A stretch of DNA of 64,000 nucleotides, taken from positions 5,527 to 69,526 of the forward strand of contig JAKPAM010000162.1 of the NCBI GenBank assembly GCA_029779435.1, in the 5' to 3' direction. This document shows, piece by piece, positions 9,687 to 19,206 of the stretch. Made by a program: the position numbers and the translations under genes. Numbering within the stretch: the first letter of the stretch is position 1; each line of letters opens with the position of its first letter. This stretch comes from Pseudomonadota bacterium (GTDB taxonomy: Bacteria; Pseudomonadota; Gammaproteobacteria; Burkholderiales; Burkholderiaceae_E). Under the pieces are notes generated by a model. The model was not told the DNA's origin. It searched no databases and saw nothing but the letters and a program-made list of their open reading frames with translations.

Positions 9687-9752
9687 GCAAGTTTTTCCGT
9701 TACACGAATCTACCAATAAAATCGGTTGCACATCTTCATTTTTTGCATACAA
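9674..9752. promoter_or_regulatory. Divergent control region with two copies of TCATTTTTTGCAT(G/A)CAA, each containing a TTGCAT(G/A)CAA palindrome
   Basis: TTGCATGCAA at 9681..9690 is a perfect 10-bp palindrome. TTGCATACAA at 9743..9752 is a 9/10 copy. The 13-bp core TCATTTTTTGCAT repeats exactly at 9674..9686 and 9736..9748. The region lies between the GntR gene and the divergent aminotransferase gene. Confidence 0.5.
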
Positions 9753-9777
9753 AATCCTCCAATTCGCGGAGACGACG

Positions 9778-10977
9778 ATGAAACTGAGCCACGGCCTCGC
9801 CCTCAACAGCCACCCCAGCGGCCGGCACTTCCTGCAGATCCCCGGTCCGACCAACGTACCCGACCGCATCCTGCGGGCAATGGACTACCCGACGATCGAC
9901 CACCGCGGTCCGGAGTTCCAGCAGTTGGGCCGATCGGTGCTGAGCGGCATCCGCAAGATATTCCAGACGCAGGGCGACGTCGTCATCTATCCGGGCTCGG
10001 GCACCGGCGCATGGGAAGCCGCGCTGGTCAACACGCTGTCGCCCGGCGACGCGGTGCTGATGAGCGAGACCGGCCACTTCGCGACGCTGTGGAAGCGGAT
10101 CGCCGAGAAGCTCGGCCTGCAACCGACGTTCATCCCCGGTGATTGGCGCCACGGCGCCGACCCGACGCAGATCGAGGCGCGGCTGCGCGACGATACCGGA
10201 CATCGGATCAAGGCCGTCTGCGTCGTCCACAACGAGACCTCGACCGGCGTGACCAGCCGCATCGTCGAGGTGCGCAAGGCCATCGACGCGGCCCGACACC
10301 CGGCGCTGCTGCTCGTCGATACGATCTCGTCGCTCGGCTCGATCGACTACCGGCACGATGAATGGGGCGTGGACGTGACCGTCGGCGGATCGCAGAAGGG
10401 GCTGATGCTGCCGCCCGGCCTGTCGTTCAACGCGATCAGCCGCAAGGCGCTGGATGCCAACGCCACCGCGAGGCTGCCGCGCGCGTACTGGGACTGGCCC
10501 GAGATGCTCAACAGCAACAAGACCGGCTTCTTTCCCTATACGCCGGCCACCAACCTGCTGTACGGCCTGCACGAAGCGATCGCGATGCTGCTCGAAGAGG
10601 GCCTGCCCCAGGTGTTCGCGCGCCACGATCGCCTGGCCGAGGCGACGCGCCGCGCGGCGCGCGCCTGGGGGCTGGAGATCCTGTGCCAGGACCCGGCCGA
10701 GTACAGCTCCGCGCTGACCGCGCTGGTGATGCCCGATGGCCATGACGCCGATGCGTTCCGCAAGGTCGCGCACGACCGGTTCAACCTGTCGCTCGGCCAG
10801 GGCCTGTCGAAGCTGTCCGGCAAGGTCTTCCGGATCGGGCACCTGGGCGATCTGAACGAACTGACGCTGCTCGGCACGCTGGGCGGCGTGGAGATGTCGC
10901 TCCGGTTGGCCGGCGTGCCGCACCAGCACGGCGGCGTCGACGCGGCGATGGCTTACCTGTCGGGCGCGGCCGGCTAG
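9778..10977 (+). CDS. Class-V aminotransferase (serine--glyoxylate / alanine--glyoxylate type)
   Basis: Track ORF 9478..10977, with the start at aa 101 (MKLSHGL). It has the N-terminus IPGPTNVPDRIL and the PLP-lysine motif GGSQKGLMLPPG. Confidence 0.85.
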   Translation: MKLSHGLALNSHPSGRHFLQIPGPTNVPDRILRAMDYPTIDHRGPEFQQLGRSVLSGIRKIFQTQGDVVIYPGSGTGAWEAALVNTLSPGDAVLMSETGHFATLWKRIAEKLGLQPTFIPGDWRHGADPTQIEARLRDDTGHRIKAVCVVHNETSTGVTSRIVEVRKAIDAARHPALLLVDTISSLGSIDYRHDEWGVDVTVGGSQKGLMLPPGLSFNAISRKALDANATARLPRAYWDWPEMLNSNKTGFFPYTPATNLLYGLHEAIAMLLEEGLPQVFARHDRLAEATRRAARAWGLEILCQDPAEYSSALTALVMPDGHDADAFRKVAHDRFNLSLGQGLSKLSGKVFRIGHLGDLNELTLLGTLGGVEMSLRLAGVPHQHGGVDAAMAYLSGAAG

Positions 10978-11057
10978 GCGCGGCCGGCTGACTTTCCGCG
11001 TCACGGCTCGACGCATCACGGCTCTACACGAGAGAACGAGAGAAAAAGGAGACACCC

Positions 11058-12059
11058 TTGAAACGGCGACAGATCCTGAACGCGATGATCGGCGTCGGCA
11101 CCCTGGCGGGCGCCGCGCTGCTGGCGGGGCCGAGCCCGGCGCTCGCCCAGGGCGACGCATGGCCGAACAAACCGATCCGGCTGATCGTCGGCTTCGCGCC
11201 GGGCGGCGGCACCGACATCGTCGCGCGGGCGCTGGCACCGCGGATGGCCGAAGTGCTGGGCCAGCAGGTCGTCGTCGAGAACCGGGCCGGTGCGGCCGGC
11301 ACGATCGCTGCCGAGATCGTCGCCAACGCGCCGTCCGACGGCTACACGCTGCTGATGGGTCATTCGAATTCGAACGCGATCGCACCGTTCGTACTGCCCA
11401 AGATCGCTTATGACCCGGCCCGGGATTTCACGCCGATCACCTACGTCGGCTACGTGCCGAACGTCATGGTCGTGCATCCGTCGCTGCAGGCCAGGTCGGT
11501 CGCCGACGTGGTGGCGCTGGCCAAGGCCAAGCCGGGCGTCTACACGTACGCCTCGTCGGGCGTGGGCAGCACGCAGCACCTGGCCGGCGCGCTGTTCGCC
11601 AAGCTGACGGACATCCAGTTGACGCACATTCCGTACAAAGGAAGCGGACAGGCGATCGTCGACCTGGTCGCCGGCCAGGTCAGCATGAACTTCGACACGA
11701 TGCCGCCGGTGCTCGAACACATCCGCGCCGGCAAGATCGACGCGCTGGCGATCTCGACGCCGAACCGGCTGCCGCAATTGCCCAACGTGCCGACGTTCAA
11801 CGAAACCGGCATCAACGGCTTCGACGTCACCAACTGGTATGCGGTGATGGCCCCCCGGTCGCTGCCCACCGCGCTGGTCGCGCGCATCGACGAAGCGGTC
11901 AAGGCGGCGATGAACGACGCGGCGATCAGGCCCAAGCTCGAAGCGCAGGGCCTGCAGACCGGCGGCCCGCAGACTCCCGCGCAGTTCGCCGATTTCATGA
12001 AGGCCGAGCTGGCCAAGTACGCCCGGCTGGTCAAGGAACTGAACGTCAAAGCGCAATGA
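11058..12059 (+). CDS. Bug/TctC-family substrate-binding protein
   Basis: 333-aa ORF with a TTG start preceded by AAGGAGA. It has the signal peptide ...SPALAQG and the segment IRLIVGFAPGGGTD. Confidence 0.85.
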   Translation: MKRRQILNAMIGVGTLAGAALLAGPSPALAQGDAWPNKPIRLIVGFAPGGGTDIVARALAPRMAEVLGQQVVVENRAGAAGTIAAEIVANAPSDGYTLLMGHSNSNAIAPFVLPKIAYDPARDFTPITYVGYVPNVMVVHPSLQARSVADVVALAKAKPGVYTYASSGVGSTQHLAGALFAKLTDIQLTHIPYKGSGQAIVDLVAGQVSMNFDTMPPVLEHIRAGKIDALAISTPNRLPQLPNVPTFNETGINGFDVTNWYAVMAPRSLPTALVARIDEAVKAAMNDAAIRPKLEAQGLQTGGPQTPAQFADFMKAELAKYARLVKELNVKAQ

Positions 12060-12892
12060 CCCTGCCCGAGCTGCCCTCCCCCGACGGTCCGCGCGTCGGC
12101 GACCTGGACCTGGCCGACGGCACGCTGCTGGTGCGCCGCGACGGCGCGCTGGCCACCGTGATCCTGAACCGCGAGGCCAAGCTGAACGCGACGACGCGCG
12201 CGATGTGGCGCGCGATCGGCGAGGCGTTCGCGCGGCTGTCGCGCGATCCCGGCGTGCGCTGCATCATCGTGCGCGGCGCTGGCGAGCGCGCGTTCTCGCC
12301 GGGTAATGACATCAGCGAGTTCGAGACCGATCGCGCCAATCGCCAGCAGGCGATCGACTATGGCCGCGACATGCACCGGACCGCGGCGATCCTCGACGCC
12401 TGCCCGCATCCGATCGTCGCGCAGATCCACGGCATCTGCGTCGGCGGCGGACTGGAGATCGCGTCGCTGGCCGACGTGCGGGTCTGCGGCCGCGCGAGCC
12501 GCTTCGGCGCGCCGATCAAGAACCTGGGCCTGGTGATGGCGCACGCCGAGATGGCACCGCTGATCCGGCTGATCGGCGAGGCCGATGCGCTGGCGATCCT
12601 GCTCGAAGGCCGGATCATCGACGCCGACGAGGCGTTGCGGATCGGGCTCGTCAGCCGCGTCGTCGACGACGATCAGGTGGCCGCAGAAGCACGCGCGACG
12701 GCCGGGCGGATCATGGCCGGCGCGCCGCTGGTCGCCCGCTGGCACAAGCGCTTCGCCCGGCGGCTGCGCGACGAACGGCCGCTGACCGAGGCCGAATACC
12801 TCGAAGCGTTCGACTGCTTCGACACGGCGGACTTCCGCACCGGCTACCAGGCCTTCCTGGCCAAGCGAACGCCCGATTTCCGAGGCGAGTGA
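12056..12892 (+). CDS. Enoyl-CoA hydratase/isomerase (crotonase) family protein
   Basis: 278-aa ORF whose ATG overlaps the upstream stop codon (ATGA). Crotonase motifs FSPGNDISEF and ICVGGGLEIA are present. Confidence 0.85.
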   Translation: MTLPELPSPDGPRVGDLDLADGTLLVRRDGALATVILNREAKLNATTRAMWRAIGEAFARLSRDPGVRCIIVRGAGERAFSPGNDISEFETDRANRQQAIDYGRDMHRTAAILDACPHPIVAQIHGICVGGGLEIASLADVRVCGRASRFGAPIKNLGLVMAHAEMAPLIRLIGEADALAILLEGRIIDADEALRIGLVSRVVDDDQVAAEARATAGRIMAGAPLVARWHKRFARRLRDERPLTEAEYLEAFDCFDTADFRTGYQAFLAKRTPDFRGE

Positions 12893-12904
12893 ACGAGATC
12901 GACG

Positions 12905-14266
12905 ATGCCCGACCCCATCGACCCCGCTGGCCGGCCGGTCCACGCCACCTCCGCTGCCCCGACGCCCGCCCTGCCGACGCCCGCCCTGCCGACGCCCGCC
13001 CTGCCGACGCCCGCCCTGCCGACACCCGCCCTGCCGACACCCGGCACGACGCCCCCCGGCCCGCACCCGGGCCCGCTGGCCGGCGTACGCGTGCTCGAGC
13101 TGGCGCAGATCATGGCCGGCCCGATCTGCGGCATGATGCTGGCCGACCTGGGCGCCGACGTCGTCAAGATCGAGAAGATGCAGGGCGGCGACGATTCGCG
13201 CGCTTATCGCGAGCCGCGCGTCAACGGCGAGTCCGCGCCGTTCATGGTGCTCAACCGCAACAAGCGCGGCATCGCGCTCGACCTCAAGCACCCGGGCGGC
13301 AAGCGCGTGCTCGAACGCATGGTCGCCAGCGCCGACGTGCTGATCGAGAACTACCGGCGCGGCACGCTCGACAAGCTCGGCCTCGGTTACGACCACCTGT
13401 CGCGAATCAATCCGGCACTGATCTACACGGTGGTGTCCGGCTACGGCCGCGACGGCCCTTATGGCGACAAGGGCGGCTTCGACCTGATCGCGCAGGGCTT
13501 CGCCGGCCTGATGAGCATCACCGGCGAACCGGGCCGCCCGCCGGTCAAGCCCGGCAACTCGGTGGCCGACATCAATGGCGGCATCCTCGCGGCGCTCGGC
13601 GTGCTGGCCGCGTACGTGCACCGCCTCAAGACGGGCCGGGGGCAGGTCGTCGAAACCTCGCTGATGGAGGCGGCGCTGCAGCAGACCTACTGGCACGCGG
13701 CGATCTTCTTCGCGACCGGGCAGTCGCCCAGCGCGCTGGGATCGGGGCACGTACTCGCCGCGCCCTACCAGGCGTTCCGCACGGCCGACGGCCATGTCAA
13801 CGTCGGCGGCGCCAACCAGGCCAACTGGGAACGGATCTGCGACGTGCTCGGCCATCCGCAGTGGCGGACCGACCCACGCTTTGCCGACAACACCGGGCGG
13901 ATGGCGAACCTCGCGACACTGGTCGAGCAGATCGAGGCGGTGACGGCGACGCGACCGTCCGCGCACTGGATCGCCGCGTTCGATGCGGCCGGCGTGCCGG
14001 CCGGCCCGGTCCATTCGATCGGCCAGGCGCTCGAGCACCCGCAGGTGCAGGCGCGGCGGATGGTCGTCGATCTGCAGCACCCGAAAGCCGGCCCGACGCG
14101 CGCGCTGGGCTTTCCGATCAAGCTGTCCGACAGCCCGGCGCGCATCGACCGGCCGGCGCCGACCTTCGGCCAGCACTCGCGCGAAGTGCTCGGCGAGTTC
14201 GGCTTCGATGCGGCCGAAGTCGATGCACTGCTGGCCAGCGGCGCGCTGAAGGAAGGCGAGGACTAG
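12905..14266 (+). CDS. Family-III (CaiB/BaiF) CoA-transferase with a repeat-bearing N-terminal extension
   Basis: 453-aa ORF. The conserved family start (GVRVLELAQIMAGPICGMMLADLGADVVKIE) begins about 60 aa in. The preceding region contains (PTPAL)5. Confidence 0.85.
   Translation: MPDPIDPAGRPVHATSAAPTPALPTPALPTPALPTPALPTPALPTPGTTPPGPHPGPLAGVRVLELAQIMAGPICGMMLADLGADVVKIEKMQGGDDSRAYREPRVNGESAPFMVLNRNKRGIALDLKHPGGKRVLERMVASADVLIENYRRGTLDKLGLGYDHLSRINPALIYTVVSGYGRDGPYGDKGGFDLIAQGFAGLMSITGEPGRPPVKPGNSVADINGGILAALGVLAAYVHRLKTGRGQVVETSLMEAALQQTYWHAAIFFATGQSPSALGSGHVLAAPYQAFRTADGHVNVGGANQANWERICDVLGHPQWRTDPRFADNTGRMANLATLVEQIEAVTATRPSAHWIAAFDAAGVPAGPVHSIGQALEHPQVQARRMVVDLQHPKAGPTRALGFPIKLSDSPARIDRPAPTFGQHSREVLGEFGFDAAEVDALLASGALKEGED
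12959..13044 (+). repeat. In-frame 15-bp tandem repeat CCGACGCCCGCCCTG, about 5.7 copies, encoding (PTPAL)n
   Basis: Four perfect copies span 12959..13018. A fifth copy has one synonymous change (ACG to ACA). A partial sixth copy follows. Confidence 0.95.
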
Positions 14267-14444
14267 GCGCCCCCAGCCAGGCGCTGCCAGCTAGGCGCTC
14301 CCGCCCGGACGCGGTGGAAGCCTCATTCGCCTCGGCCGCGCGGACTCGCAGATATCGAAAGCAGATTTTCTTGGTTCACGCCGCGGCGGCGCGCGACGAA
14401 GATGGCGACCCGCACCACCCTTCGGCTCCTGCGCCGCGTCGATC

Positions 14445-15479
14445 ATGAAACTGCGCCTCCTGGCGGGTACCACCACGGTGGCCCTGGCCCTCGGTCTGCT
14501 GTTCTTCCATACGAAGCCGCCGTCGGCGATCGCGCAAGCGGGGCCCAACACGCTGGTCAACGTCTCGTACGATCCAACGCGCGAGCTGTACCAGGACGTC
14601 AACGCGGCGTTCGCCAAGCAATACCAGGCGAGCACCGGCCAGGCCGTCACGATCAAGCAATCGCACGGCGGCTCGGGCAAGCAGGCGCGCAGCGTCATCG
14701 ACGGACTGGACGCCGACGTCGTGACGCTGGCGCTCGCTTATGACATCGACGCGATCGCCGGACAGAAGCTGATCGCGCCCGACTGGGCGAAGCGGCTGCC
14801 GGCCAACGCGGCCCCCTATACGTCGACGATCGTGCTGCTGGTGCGCAAGGGCAACCCGCGCCAGATCAAGGACTGGAACGACCTGGTCCGCCCGGGTGTC
14901 GAGGTCATCACGCCGAATCCGAAGACCTCGGGTGGCGCCCGCTGGAACTATCTGGCCGCCTGGGGCTACGCGCTGCGCCAACCCGGCGGGGATGAGGCCA
15001 AGGCCCGCGAATTCGTCCGCAAACTCTACGCGCAGGTCAAGGTGCTGGATTCGGGCGCCCGCGGGGCCACCAACACGTTCATCGAGCGCGGCATCGGCGA
15101 CGTGCTGATCGCGTGGGAGAACGAGGCGTACCTCGCGCTCAAGGAACTGGGGCCCGACAAGGTCGACATCGTGACGCCGTCGGTCTCGATCCTGGCCGAG
15201 CCGCCGGTCGCCGTCGTCGACAAGGTCGTCGACAAGCGCGGCACCCGCAAGCTGGCCGAGGCGTACCTGAACTTCCTGTACACGCCCGAGGGCCAGAAGA
15301 TCGCCGCGCGCCATTACTACCGCCCGCGCGACGCGAAGGTCGCCGAATCGTTCGCCGGGCAGTTCGCGCCGGTCCAGCTGTTCACGATCGACGAGGTGTT
15401 CGGCGGCTGGGCCCGCGCGCAGAAGACGCACTTCGCCGACGGCGGCGTGTTCGACCAGATCGTCCTGGCCAATCGCTGA
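14445..15479 (+). CDS. sbp: Sulfate/thiosulfate ABC transporter periplasmic binding protein
   Basis: 344-aa ORF with a signal peptide. The segment [11 protein letters not shown]...[25 protein letters not shown] is typical of Sbp/CysP. Confidence 0.9.
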   Translation: MKLRLLAGTTTVALALGLLFFHTKPPSAIAQAGPNTLVNVSYDPTRELYQDVNAAFAKQYQASTGQAVTIKQSHGGSGKQARSVIDGLDADVVTLALAYDIDAIAGQKLIAPDWAKRLPANAAPYTSTIVLLVRKGNPRQIKDWNDLVRPGVEVITPNPKTSGGARWNYLAAWGYALRQPGGDEAKAREFVRKLYAQVKVLDSGARGATNTFIERGIGDVLIAWENEAYLALKELGPDKVDIVTPSVSILAEPPVAVVDKVVDKRGTRKLAEAYLNFLYTPEGQKIAARHYYRPRDAKVAESFAGQFAPVQLFTIDEVFGGWARAQKTHFADGGVFDQIVLANR

Positions 15480-15636
15480 GCCGCCGGCCGCCAAGCCGAG
15501 CCGCCGATCGTCGAAACATTGATCTCCGAGGCGGTCCGGGCGACGCCGGGCCGTCTCCGGGACGCTCGCACGCCGGCCCGCGCATGATGGCATCATCGTG
15601 CCGGGCGGCCCTTCCGTCCTTCTCCTCCACACCCCG

Positions 15637-16572
15637 ATGAATTTCCAGCAGCTCCGGATCATTCGCGAAACCGCCCGGCGCAACTTCAACCTGACCGAAG
15701 TCGCCAACGCGCTGTACCTGGCCCAATCGGGCGTCAGCAAGCACATCAAGGACCTGGAGGACGAGCTCGGCGTCGAGCTGTTCGTGCGCCGGGGCAAACG
15801 CCTGCTCGGCATGACGGAGCCCGGCAAGGAGTTGCTCGGCATCGTCGAGCGGATGCTGCTCGACGCGCAGAACATCCGGCAGCTGGCCGACCAGTTTTCC
15901 CGGCGCGACGAAGGCCGGCTGGTGATCGCGACCACGCACACGCAGGCGCGCTATGCGATCCCGGACACCGTGCGCGCGTTCACCGAGGCGTTCCCCAAGG
16001 TCCACCTGGCGCTGCACCAGGCGAGCCCTAAGGAGATCGTCACGATGCTGAACTCGGGCGAGGCCGACATCGGTATCGCCACCGAGGCGCTGGCCAGCGA
16101 GCCGACGCTGGTCACCTTCCCGTTCTATGACTGGCGCCACTCGGCCGTCGTCCCCGTCGGCCATCCGCTGACGCAGCGCGAGACGGTCACGCTGGCGGAC
16201 CTGGTCGAGTACCCGATCATCACTTATCACCAGGAATACACGGGCCGCGCCAAGATCGACGCGGCCTTCGCGGCCCAGGGGCTCGTGCCCGACATCGTGA
16301 TGTCGGCGATCGACGCCGACGTGATCAAGACGTACGTCGAACTGGGGCTGGGCATCGGCATCATCGCCGCGATCGCCTATACGCCCGGGCGCGAGGACAA
16401 CCTGGTGCTGCTGCCGACCGGCGACGCGTTCCCCACCAACACGACGCTGATCGCCGTGCGCAAGGGCCACTACCTGCGCGGATTCGGGTATCGCTTCATC
16501 GAGCAGTGCTCGCCGGACCTGCCCGAGGCGATCGTCAGGCAGGCACTGAATCCCGACCGCGACGCGACGTGA
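15637..16572 (+). CDS. CysB-family LysR-type transcriptional regulator (CysB/Cbl/SsuR-like)
   Basis: Track ORF 15598..16572, with the start at M14 (MNFQQLRIIRE). The HTH is LTEVANALYLAQSGVSKHIKDLEDELG. The gene sits between sulfate-uptake genes. Confidence 0.85.
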   Translation: MNFQQLRIIRETARRNFNLTEVANALYLAQSGVSKHIKDLEDELGVELFVRRGKRLLGMTEPGKELLGIVERMLLDAQNIRQLADQFSRRDEGRLVIATTHTQARYAIPDTVRAFTEAFPKVHLALHQASPKEIVTMLNSGEADIGIATEALASEPTLVTFPFYDWRHSAVVPVGHPLTQRETVTLADLVEYPIITYHQEYTGRAKIDAAFAAQGLVPDIVMSAIDADVIKTYVELGLGIGIIAAIAYTPGREDNLVLLPTGDAFPTNTTLIAVRKGHYLRGFGYRFIEQCSPDLPEAIVRQALNPDRDAT

Positions 16573-17380
16573 CCCCGGGCGGCCATGCGCGCGCCGGCAC
16601 CGGCTCGGCCATCGCGAAGCCCTGCACATGCGAAGCGCCGCATGCACGCGCCAGGTCCACGTGCGCGCACGTCTCGACGCGCTTGAGGATCAGTTCGGTG
16701 CCGCTGGCCCGCATCCGGGCCAGGGCCGGACGGGCGTTGCCGCCCGCATCGAAGACGGTCCAGCGCTGCGCGTCGACCTTCAGGTAGTCGAGCCGCACGA
16801 CGGCCAGCACCGCCATCAACTGGGCCGCGGTATCGAAGTTGGCCGCGACCCGGAATCCATGCAGCCGGTAATTGGCGACGACGTTGGCCAGCAGCGTCGG
16901 ATCGGCAGCCGTCTCGGCCGGCAGTTCGATGACGATGCGCGACAACGGGACGGCCAGCGTATCGAGCACGCGCCGGAACGAGCGGCCGTGGTTGTCGGCG
17001 ACCGCGGTCAACAGCCGGTCGTGCACCGACAGGAACAGCGCATCGGGACTGCCGGCGTGCCGGAAGAAATTGAGCGTGTGCACGGTGCGGCTTCGCCGGT
17101 CCAGCGCGACGATATCGTCGGCGGGCAGCGTAGCGGCCAACCGCACCCACGGCGAGGCGGCCGCGCCGACGTCGTCGTCGGCGCTGCGCACCAGCGCCTG
17201 CGCGCCGATGGTCATCCCATCGCCGAGCCGATGAATCGACTGGAACGCACTGGTGATCGGCATCGCGCCGAAGCGGCCGGCGATCGCGCCGGTCTCGTCG
17301 ACCCAGAAGTCGTCGGCCGGGCCATTGCTGGCCAGGCGGCGCACGTATGCCTGCAGTCTGTCGAGTTTCAGTACACTCAT
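16535..17380 (-). CDS. Stand-alone EAL-like domain protein with degenerate catalytic motifs
   Basis: 281-aa ORF with EAL-fold landmarks, but QALVR replaces EALxR, ELPAE replaces ExTE, NFDT replaces DDFG, and KRVET replaces EGVET. KVD and QGF are retained. Confidence 0.7.
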   Translation of the reverse strand: MSVLKLDRLQAYVRRLASNGPADDFWVDETGAIAGRFGAMPITSAFQSIHRLGDGMTIGAQALVRSADDDVGAAASPWVRLAATLPADDIVALDRRSRTVHTLNFFRHAGSPDALFLSVHDRLLTAVADNHGRSFRRVLDTLAVPLSRIVIELPAETAADPTLLANVVANYRLHGFRVAANFDTAAQLMAVLAVVRLDYLKVDAQRWTVFDAGGNARPALARMRASGTELILKRVETCAHVDLARACGASHVQGFAMAEPVPARAWPPGVTSRRGRDSVPA

Positions 17381-17579
17381 CGTGCATCGATTGTGTCCGC
17401 ATCGCCGGTCAGCGGGAAGCGATTTTTGCTGAAAAGCTCATAGCGAGAACCCGCATAAGCTCAGCAGGAATGCTTGGTTCCGCCGCGCGGCAGGGCTCCC
17501 TAGACTGTGGAGTTTTCCGCATCACCCCTGTCCCTTTCCTTGCGCGTGCGGTTTTGCGCGACATTTGACGGAGCCATCG

Positions 17580-18227
17580 ATGACCACGCTCAGACTCGGC
17601 GACATCGCCCCCGATTTCCAGCAGGACTCCACCCAAGGGTCGATCCAGTTCCATAAGTGGCTCGGTGACAGCTGGGGCGTCCTGTTCTCGCACCCGGCCG
17701 ATTTCACGCCGGTCTGCACGACCGAACTCGGTTACACGGCCAAGCTGGCCGACGAATTCGCACGACGCAACGTCAAGGTCGCCGCGTTGTCGATCGATCC
17801 GCTCGATTCGCACCAGAAATGGGTGGCCGACATCGAGGACACGCAGCAGGCCAGCGTGGGCTTTCCGATCATCGCCGACGCCGACCGCAAGGTCGCCACG
17901 CTGTACGACATGATCCACCCCAACGCCAGCCTGACGGCCACCGTGCGTTCGGTGTTCGTCATCGACCCGGCCAAGAAGGTGCGCCTGACGATCACTTATC
18001 CGGCCAGCACCGGCCGCAACTTCGACGAGATCCTGCGCGTCATCGACTCGCTGCAACTGACCGACGGCTACAGCGTCGCCACGCCGGTCAACTGGAAGGA
18101 CGGCGAGGACGTGATCATCGTTCCGTCGCTGACCGATCCGGACACGCTCAAGCAGAAGTTCCCGAACGGCTGGCGCACGCTGCGTCCTTACCTGCGCTAC
18201 GTCGCGCAGCCCAACAAGGCCCGCTGA
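17580..18227 (+). CDS. Peroxiredoxin, 1-Cys/Prx6-like
   Basis: Track ORF 17565..18227, with the ATG at 17580 (MTTLRLGD). The active-site segment is FSHPADFTPVCTTE. Confidence 0.9.
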   Translation: MTTLRLGDIAPDFQQDSTQGSIQFHKWLGDSWGVLFSHPADFTPVCTTELGYTAKLADEFARRNVKVAALSIDPLDSHQKWVADIEDTQQASVGFPIIADADRKVATLYDMIHPNASLTATVRSVFVIDPAKKVRLTITYPASTGRNFDEILRVIDSLQLTDGYSVATPVNWKDGEDVIIVPSLTDPDTLKQKFPNGWRTLRPYLRYVAQPNKAR

Positions 18228-18270
18228 TCGGCGCGACACCTCCACTCCTCCTCCTTCTCGCGTCCCTGTC

Positions 18271-19206
18271 GTGTCATCCGTCCTGTCATCCGCGTTGCCG
18301 GCCGCTTCGGCCACGAGCAGCGAGCCCGGCACAGCGCGCGCAAGCGGTCGTGCGCGGCCCGCCGCGGGCATCCTGCCCGGCTTCGGCTTGAGCCTGGGTT
18401 ATGCGCTGCTCTACCTGAGCCTGATCGTGCTGATCCCGTTGTCGGGACTGGTGTTCAAGACGCTGTCGCTGAGCTGGCCGGCGTTCTGGGCGACGGTCAG
18501 CGATCCGCGGGTCGTCGCGTCCTACCGGCTGACGTTCGGCGCCGCGATGCTCGCGGCCCTGATCAACGGCGTGTTCGGCCTGATCGTCGCGTGGGTGCTC
18601 GTGCGCTACCCGTTTCCGGGTCGCCGGCTCGTCGACGCGCTGATCGACCTGCCGTTCGCTCTGCCGACCGCGGTCGCTGGCATCGCGCTGACGACGCTGT
18701 ATGCGCCGAACGGCTGGATCGGCTCGGCGCTGGCGCAAATCGGCATCAAGGTGGCGTTCACGCCGCTGGGCGTCGTCGTCGCGATGACCTTCATCGGCCT
18801 GCCGTTCGTCGTGCGGACCGTGCAACCGGTGCTCGAAGAGGCCGAACGCGAACTCGAGGAGGCCGCCGCGTCGCTGGGCGCGCGCCGGTCGCAGACCTTC
18901 TGGCGCGTGATCCTGCCGGCGCTGCTGCCGGCGCTGCTGACCGGCATCGCGCTGGCGCTGGCCCGTGCGATCGGCGAGTACGGCTCGGTGATCTTCATCG
19001 CCGGCAACATGCCGATGGTCTCCGAGATCACGCCGCTGCTGATCATCACCAAGCTCGAACAGTTCGACTACGCGGGAGCCACGGCGATCGCGGTCGTGAT
19101 GCTGGCGTTCTCGCTGCTGCTGCTGCTGGCGATCAACGCGCTGCAGTGGTGGCAGGCGCGCCGCTTCGGCACGGCGGGCACCGGTTCGCGAGGCGTCGTC
19201 CGATGA
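18271..19206 (+). CDS. cysT: Sulfate ABC transporter permease CysT
   Basis: 311-aa ORF with a GTG start. It contains [24 protein letters not shown] and the EAA loop [21 protein letters not shown]. Confidence 0.85.
   Translation: MSSVLSSALPAASATSSEPGTARASGRARPAAGILPGFGLSLGYALLYLSLIVLIPLSGLVFKTLSLSWPAFWATVSDPRVVASYRLTFGAAMLAALINGVFGLIVAWVLVRYPFPGRRLVDALIDLPFALPTAVAGIALTTLYAPNGWIGSALAQIGIKVAFTPLGVVVAMTFIGLPFVVRTVQPVLEEAERELEEAAASLGARRSQTFWRVILPALLPALLTGIALALARAIGEYGSVIFIAGNMPMVSEITPLLIITKLEQFDYAGATAIAVVMLAFSLLLLLAINALQWWQARRFGTAGTGSRGVVR

Noticed and set aside
12959-13044. Whether any of the tandem repeats (12959..13044, 28142..28195, 53802..53903) could be a CRISPR array.
   Set aside because: The units are only 6-15 bp, are directly abutting with no unique spacers, and mostly lie in frame inside genes. 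No cas genes are present.
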